Of a DNA stretch of 64,000 nucleotides, positions 58,636 through 64,000 are shown one piece after another (positions within the stretch are counted from its first letter, which is position 1; each line of letters starts with the position of its first letter). The translations under genes and the position numbers were made by a program. The stretch is taken from NCBI GenBank assembly GCA_024695935.1, contig JAILHH010000001.1, positions 990 to 64,989 of the forward strand. The letters run 5' to 3'. Source of the DNA: Acetatifactor sp. GTDB taxonomy: Bacteria; Bacillota; Clostridia; Lachnospirales; Lachnospiraceae. The notes under the pieces are model-generated. The model made no database searches. It was not told the origin of the DNA and saw nothing but the letters and a program-made list of their open reading frames with translations.

Positions 58636-60372
58636 ATGAAACAGAAGTTAAAGTGGGCACTGGCATTTTTACTGCCGGTTTTCAATTACCTTTTAGTAGG
58701 ATTTTGCACTTATAATCCAATATTAAATACATATTTCAGGGCACATATCTTAAATATCCTTTTATTTGAAGGCTTAGTGCTTTGTTTTTGGGCGATATTT
58801 GGCAGATTAAATGTGGCTATCTGTATAGAGACCGTGCTTTCCGTAATATTCGGTGCAGCATTTTTTTATGTACTCAGATTTAAGAATACTTCCATAATGC
58901 CATGGGACATATTCAGCTTTGGAACCGCAATGAGTGTTGCGGACAATTATGATTTTACTCCCGACATTCGTCTTACTATAATATTAACCTGCTTTGTCCT
59001 GGTTTTCGTTATCGGTATATTTGCGGGAAAAGGTGATAAATTAAAGATTAAAAAGAAGATTCTGGTGGGTGTTTTAGGTCTTACCATGATCACAGGTGTG
59101 ACCGGCCTTGTACAGAATCCTGCATTTGTAAAAGCGTATAAGCTTTATTCCGTCCTGTTTTATCCCGACAGAATGACTTACAGAAACGGAACACTGGTAG
59201 GTTTTTTGATGGAAATAAAATATATGGTTCCCGAAAAACCCGAGGGTTATGACAAGACTTTGATAGAGGATAATTATAACGAGCTTGTGGAGGAGTCACT
59301 AAAACAAATCCCTGAGATCTCAAAACAGGATCTTCCAAACATCATTGTGGTGATGAATGAAACTTTTGCGGATCTGTCAATGTATGGCAGTCTGAATATC
59401 GAAGAGGACGTAATGCCTTTTGTGAGAAGCCTTAATAAAAACGGCGCAAATACAAAGTCAGGTACTTTAAATGTGTCAGTTTTTGGTGGTAATACTGCCA
59501 ATTCCGAATTTGAGTTTCTGACGGGTCAGTCCATGAACTTTTATCCTGAGGGAAGCATTCCATATCAGCAATACATCTGGAGTGAACTTCCGAATCTGAC
59601 TTCCTACTTAAAAGAGCTGGGTTATTCCACAACTGCAGTCCATCCTTTTAAGCCCGGTGGCTGGAGCAGGACTAAAGCCTATCCATATCTTGGATTTGAC
59701 AGGTTTTTATCTGAGGGGGATTTTGAGGATCCGAAGCTTATCAGAGAATATATTTCCGATGAATCCGCCTATGACAAGGTGATAGAACTTTTTGAGAACA
59801 AGACGCAGGATCCCATGTTTACTTTTCTTGTGACCATGCAAAATCACGGCGGATACACAGAGGATTTTCCCAATTTTAATGTGGATGTTTTTGCTGCAAA
59901 TATCAGAAATCCTGTGGTGAACAGATATCTGTCCCTCATCAAATATGCCGATAAGGCAGTGGAAGGCTTGATATCTTATTTTGAAAATGTGGATGAAGAT
60001 ACCATCATCGTATTTTTCGGAGATCATCAGCCTGCAGCTTCTGTCACATATCCTGTAATGTATTCCAAGGGTATTGATGTTTATAATCTCACCGATGAAG
60101 AGGAAAAGAAGTGCTACAAAGTGCCTTATTTTATATGGGCTAATTTTGATATAGAAGAAGAACACGATCTTGAGACCAGCGCTAATTACCTGTCCCTTGA
60201 TCTGATGGATGTGGCAGGCATCGAGTATTCTCCTTTTATGAAGGTCGTTAACGATGCCAGAAAAGATGTGCCCTTGTTAAGTTCAAAGATCAGACCTTAC
60301 AAAGAGACTGACAGCTACAGAAAGTACAGAGATACAGCTTATTATCTGTTATTTGATTACGGAGATAAATAA
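58636..60372 (+). CDS. LTA synthase family protein (sulfatase-like alkaline phosphatase superfamily, LtaS-like)
   Basis: N-terminal 5-TM region plus an extracellular sulfatase domain (IIVVMNETFAD, NTANSEFEFLTG). Confidence 0.8.
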   Translation: MKQKLKWALAFLLPVFNYLLVGFCTYNPILNTYFRAHILNILLFEGLVLCFWAIFGRLNVAICIETVLSVIFGAAFFYVLRFKNTSIMPWDIFSFGTAMSVADNYDFTPDIRLTIILTCFVLVFVIGIFAGKGDKLKIKKKILVGVLGLTMITGVTGLVQNPAFVKAYKLYSVLFYPDRMTYRNGTLVGFLMEIKYMVPEKPEGYDKTLIEDNYNELVEESLKQIPEISKQDLPNIIVVMNETFADLSMYGSLNIEEDVMPFVRSLNKNGANTKSGTLNVSVFGGNTANSEFEFLTGQSMNFYPEGSIPYQQYIWSELPNLTSYLKELGYSTTAVHPFKPGGWSRTKAYPYLGFDRFLSEGDFEDPKLIREYISDESAYDKVIELFENKTQDPMFTFLVTMQNHGGYTEDFPNFNVDVFAANIRNPVVNRYLSLIKYADKAVEGLISYFENVDEDTIIVFFGDHQPAASVTYPVMYSKGIDVYNLTDEEEKKCYKVPYFIWANFDIEEEHDLETSANYLSLDLMDVAGIEYSPFMKVVNDARKDVPLLSSKIRPYKETDSYRKYRDTAYYLLFDYGDK

Positions 60373-60374
60373 AT

Positions 60375-62873
60375 ATGAAAAATGAAACGGGAAAGATGAA
60401 AGTTTTAAATTACATATTGGCTTTTGTTTTACCCGTTTTTTTGCTGCTTTATGTTTTTAAAGTGAGGCAAATTTATCCTTTTGGCTCTAAAACCTTTTTG
60501 TTTTCGGATGCCTCATTACAGTATCTGCCATTTATAAGAAGCTTTTGTCAGGCGCTTGCTGAGGGTGGTTTTAAGGATATTTATTTAAGATTCGGCCTTG
60601 GAACGGAATTACCTGCTGTGTTTGCCTATTATCTGACAGATCCTTTAAGCCTTATTGCAGGATTTTTAAGTGGGGCTAACAGTATCGATTATCTGACCGT
60701 TTTAACTGTAATAAAAATATCTCTCTGCTCCGTTTCTGCTTATTTTTATTTTGAACATCACTTTGAAAGAGTTTCGCTCCTTCCGCTTGCTGCGGCATAT
60801 TTTTATGCTTTCAGCGGATTCTTTGCGGCATATGAATATAATTTTATATGGCTTAATTCTTTGATGGTTTTTCCTTTGACTGTTTATTTCCTGGAAAAAT
60901 TCGTTGAGAACAAGTCAAAAAAAGGGCTTGTCATCACGCTTTCCCTGTCAATATTTTTTAATTTTTATATAGGCATGATAATCTGCATTTTTCTTTTGGT
61001 TTATTATCTTGCTCTTATTTTTGATCTGGGAAAGGGTAAAACTTTTGTAAAGGATGTTTTACAGTTTATCAAGTGCATGGCACTTTCAGTATGCATAAAT
61101 GCAGCCATACTTTTCCCGGTAATGGGATTTATGATAAATAATCCTTCATTAAATCCTGAGAGTAAAGGTGGCGGGTCGTTTATTTTCTTTGACCTCTTAA
61201 CCTTTTTATCACGGCATATGACGGGAGTTGATACGAATCTTTCAAACGGTGAGATACCCAATATTTATTCAGGTATTTGGATTTTTATCCTGATACCGCT
61301 GTTTTTCCTTACAGACAGCAGATATATTTCAAACAGAAAAAAGATCTCAAGAGGGGTTTTACTTTTATTTCTTATTGCAAGCTTCATGATAAGACCTCTG
61401 TATATTCTGTGGCATGGATTAAATTACCCCAATAACCTTCCTGCAAGATTTGGATTTATATATGTGTTTTTGCTTTTATCCATGTGCGTTGAGAGCCTTA
61501 AATACAAGCATTCACAAAATGTAATGATCAGTTCTTTTGTGTTTGCAATAGGAGCGGTATTTTGCAATATCTATTATTCGGGAGCCGAAAATGAATTAAA
61601 ACACGCAGAGTGGTATGGCGGCATATTTGTATTGTTTTATTGCATTTTCGGTCTGTATTTCCTCTTTTCCAAAAAGATTAAAAACAATAAGGGCTTTGAA
61701 TTTATTTTGTTTATAGCCCTGATATTTGAGTGCGGATTTAATTTCTATGCCACAGGTATAAGGACTGTGGACAGAGAGCGTTATGTAAATATTTACGCCT
61801 GTGGAGATGAAATTAAAAATTGTTTTATTGATGAAAAGAAAGATGCGTTTAGAACCGAGACCTTTCCGAAGACTGATATAAATTCCGGCCTGATGTATGG
61901 CTTTAAATCCGCAAGTCTGTTTTCGTCTTTTGTAGACGGTAATGTTCAAAAATTATATAGGAGACTTGGCATGATGACGGATGATGTCAGCTACTGCCTT
62001 GAAGGGGCAACGCCGCTTTCATTTATGATGCTAAATGTGGATCGTGTACTTATACCCTCATCCAAATTTGAAGGGGAATTATTTGAACTTACAGGGGAAA
62101 CAAGCAGATTTTTAGCGGATCAAAAGCTTAACGGTGAAACAGAGTATCTTTATGATTTAAAATATTCAGTGCCCTTTGGATATGTGATCCCGGAGAGCTT
62201 TTTTATAAGTTCTAACAGTGATTTATCGGATCTGCCTGATGAGATCCTTGTGAATATGAGTGAATTTGAAGGCCTAGATCCCGCCGGATTTCAGAATCTG
62301 ATCTCAAAAAAATTATGCGGTGAAGAATTATTATTACCTGTTAAATCTCTTAATGATGAAAACGGGGATCATTATATTACAGAAAGTGACGGATATTATT
62401 TTGCATTAAACTGCGGGGAGGAAATAAGCAGGGCAGTGGTAAAAGGGGGACTGATTTTTAAAAGACCCGTTAAAAACTTAAAAAACAGTGAGATAATTGA
62501 CTTTGGTTTTGTAAATAAAGGAACCGACCTGTCGGTTTATGACGGATATGGGAAAAGTACCTTTACAGGTTCTTTTTATAAGTTGAATTTAAGTGCATTG
62601 GAAAAGATCAGTGAGACTCTAAATACAAACACAACAGGGATAAAGGTATTTTCCGTTCCGTACAGCAGGGATTTTTCTGTTTATATTGATGGGAAAAAGA
62701 CTAAGACATACAGGTTTTTGGACTCTCTTTTAGCCGTAAAGGTTACGGGGGATGAAAGCAATATCGAATTAAAATATGTTCCTAAAGCCTTTTTGGTGGG
62801 AGCATTAATTTCCCTGATAAGTCTTTTTATATTTATATTTGATATTAAGAAAGGTCAGAATTTAAGGGATTAA
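60375..62873 (+). CDS. YfhO family membrane protein (putative glycosyltransferase for teichoic acid or glycolipid modification)
   Basis: 832 aa, many TM helices at the N-terminus, typical YfhO N-terminal signature (ILAFVLPVFLLLYVF...). Confidence 0.75.
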   Translation: MKNETGKMKVLNYILAFVLPVFLLLYVFKVRQIYPFGSKTFLFSDASLQYLPFIRSFCQALAEGGFKDIYLRFGLGTELPAVFAYYLTDPLSLIAGFLSGANSIDYLTVLTVIKISLCSVSAYFYFEHHFERVSLLPLAAAYFYAFSGFFAAYEYNFIWLNSLMVFPLTVYFLEKFVENKSKKGLVITLSLSIFFNFYIGMIICIFLLVYYLALIFDLGKGKTFVKDVLQFIKCMALSVCINAAILFPVMGFMINNPSLNPESKGGGSFIFFDLLTFLSRHMTGVDTNLSNGEIPNIYSGIWIFILIPLFFLTDSRYISNRKKISRGVLLLFLIASFMIRPLYILWHGLNYPNNLPARFGFIYVFLLLSMCVESLKYKHSQNVMISSFVFAIGAVFCNIYYSGAENELKHAEWYGGIFVLFYCIFGLYFLFSKKIKNNKGFEFILFIALIFECGFNFYATGIRTVDRERYVNIYACGDEIKNCFIDEKKDAFRTETFPKTDINSGLMYGFKSASLFSSFVDGNVQKLYRRLGMMTDDVSYCLEGATPLSFMMLNVDRVLIPSSKFEGELFELTGETSRFLADQKLNGETEYLYDLKYSVPFGYVIPESFFISSNSDLSDLPDEILVNMSEFEGLDPAGFQNLISKKLCGEELLLPVKSLNDENGDHYITESDGYYFALNCGEEISRAVVKGGLIFKRPVKNLKNSEIIDFGFVNKGTDLSVYDGYGKSTFTGSFYKLNLSALEKISETLNTNTTGIKVFSVPYSRDFSVYIDGKKTKTYRFLDSLLAVKVTGDESNIELKYVPKAFLVGALISLISLFIFIFDIKKGQNLRD

Positions 62874-62889
62874 CATCGGAAATTTTCCG

Positions 62890-62918
62890 TTGACATTTAT
62901 TTTTGGATTAATTATAAT
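62890..62918 (+). promoter_or_regulatory. Consensus sigma-A promoter of the tyrS T-box leader
   Basis: TTGACA, 17-nt spacer, TATAAT. Confidence 0.7.
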
Positions 62919-62924
62919 CAATTA

Positions 62925-63190
62925 AAACATGAATTTAGCGTTGAAGAGAAGAAGTAACCGGAATAATTGTACTGACAGAGAGTTGCCGGCAGGTGAGAGG
63001 CACGAGGAAAATCCGGAGAAATACATCTTGGAGCTGCAGAGGTGAACTTACAGTAGTCTTTGCCGGTGGGCACCGTTAACGGCCGGGGTATTGATTGATA
63101 CCTGTTAAGGCAGTATTTGTGAGAATACTGTGAAAAAAGGTGGTAACACGAGACAGATGCTCGTCCTTTAAGGGACGGGCTTTTTTTGTT
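62925..63190 (+). ncRNA. T-box riboswitch leader (probable tyrosine specifier) with a terminator/antiterminator
   Basis: Conserved T-box sequence AAAGGTGGTAACACGAG (about 63136-63152), then terminator cgtcc...ggacg plus ttttttt (63159-63190). A GAGA/AGAGA stem-I element lies at about 62975. The downstream gene is tyrS, and a UAC-containing loop (GAAAUACAU) lies near 63025. Confidence 0.75.
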
Positions 63191-63363
63191 ATTGCAACGA
63201 GCCGGGTAGCTGTCTGAGTTTACTCAGGCAGATATTAGGCGACTGCAAATCACCGAAAGGCATAGGCCTTGAGGTGATATCGAGCAGGAGTCAGCCTGCT
63301 CGATAAATAACTTTATTATCGCTAAATTTACTGTGAAAATCTATATTAAAAAGGAGACTGAAA

Positions 63364-64000
63364 ATGGGAATTTTCGAAGAACTTAAGGAGCGCGGACTCC
63401 TGGCACAGCTTACCGATGAAGATCTTATCAGAGATATGATCAATAACGGTAAGGCAACATTTTATATCGGCTTTGACTGTACCGCAGACAGTCTTACCGC
63501 AGGTCATTTTATGGCGCTTACTCTGATGAAGAGATTACAGATGGCAGGTAACAAGCCCATCGCTCTTATCGGTGGAGGTACCACTATGATCGGTGACCCT
63601 TCAGGACGTACCGATATGAGAAAAATGCTCACCAGAGAAGATATTGATCACAATGCTGAGTGTTTTAAAAAGCAGATGGAGCGTTTCATTGATTTTGGCG
63701 AAGGCAAGGCTATGATGGTTAACAATGCAGACTGGCTCCTTGACTTAAATTATGTGGAACTGTTACGTGAGGTAGGCCCCTGCTTTTCAGTTAATAACAT
63801 GCTCCGTGCCGAGTGCTACAAACAGCGTATGGAGAAGGGACTCAGCTTCCTTGAATTCAACTACATGATCATGCAGTCCTATGACTTTTATTACATGTTC
63901 CAGAAATACGGCTGTAATATGGAGTTTGGCGGTGACGATCAGTGGAGCAATATGCTTGGCGGAACAGAGCTTATCAGAAAGAAACTCGGCAAGGATGCTC
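63364..64000 (+). CDS. tyrS: Tyrosine--tRNA ligase, N-terminal part (the 3' end lies outside the window)
   Basis: [19 protein letters not shown]...[17 protein letters not shown] (HIGH-like) ... Class-I TyrRS N-terminus; RBS aaaggag. Confidence 0.85.
   Translation, partial: MGIFEELKERGLLAQLTDEDLIRDMINNGKATFYIGFDCTADSLTAGHFMALTLMKRLQMAGNKPIALIGGGTTMIGDPSGRTDMRKMLTREDIDHNAECFKKQMERFIDFGEGKAMMVNNADWLLDLNYVELLREVGPCFSVNNMLRAECYKQRMEKGLSFLEFNYMIMQSYDFYYMFQKYGCNMEFGGDDQWSNMLGGTELIRKKLGKDA

Overview
The window is a chromosomal segment from a low-GC Firmicute. Gene content and order suggest a Clostridia or Lachnospiraceae-like organism, with almost all genes on the + strand. About 85% of it is recognisable housekeeping, in a strongly conserved order. 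That order is the Bacillus-type block rnc-smc-ftsY ... ylxM-ffh-rpsP-KH-rimM-trmD-rplS-rbgA-rnhB-ylqG-ylqH, plus hisHF, ung, ddh, polA-coaE, pta-ackA, yceD-rpmF-plsX-acpP, der-plsY-gpsA and MoxR/VWA. It also carries LtaS/YfhO, a tRNA-Leu(CAA), and a T-box leader in front of a partial tyrS at the 3' edge.

The conserved block is interrupted at three points:
- Between ftsY and ylxM there is a yitT-like gene, then about 5 kb of visibly AT-richer accessory DNA (about 30.4-35.6 kb).
- Between trmD and rplS there is a multi-TM methyl-accepting chemotaxis protein.
- Two signal peptidase I paralogs bracket rbgA.

The accessory island is the most interesting part of the window. It holds a divergent XRE regulator and a four-gene + strand cassette:
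- gene 1 is an SPFH/Band-7 (Band_7_1-like) domain fused to five tandem CxxC...CxxCG zinc ribbons;
- gene 2 is a 4-TM membrane protein with a coiled-coil tail;
- gene 3 is a 3-TM protein ending in a zinc ribbon;
- gene 4 is a bacterial-PH-like domain protein with two zinc ribbons and a C-terminal TM anchor.

The cassette is preceded by a 350-nt repeat and hairpin region that ends in its own terminator. The gene set is reminiscent of, but clearly different from, the B. subtilis pspA-ydjGHI membrane-stress module, and it has no pspA. I saw no integrase or transposase.

Other items worth a second look:
- a 944-aa hyper-acidic, repeat-containing single-pass membrane protein;
- an FtsA/actin-like ATPase with three C-terminal beta-grasp-like repeats;
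- TrmD with a roughly 170-aa C-terminal extension;
- an orphan zf-HC2 anti-sigma-like gene whose RBS is overlapped by a tandem TTGTATACAA palindrome;
- a cluster of GC-rich hairpins between two terminators just downstream of the tRNA.

No CRISPR arrays and no rRNA genes were seen.
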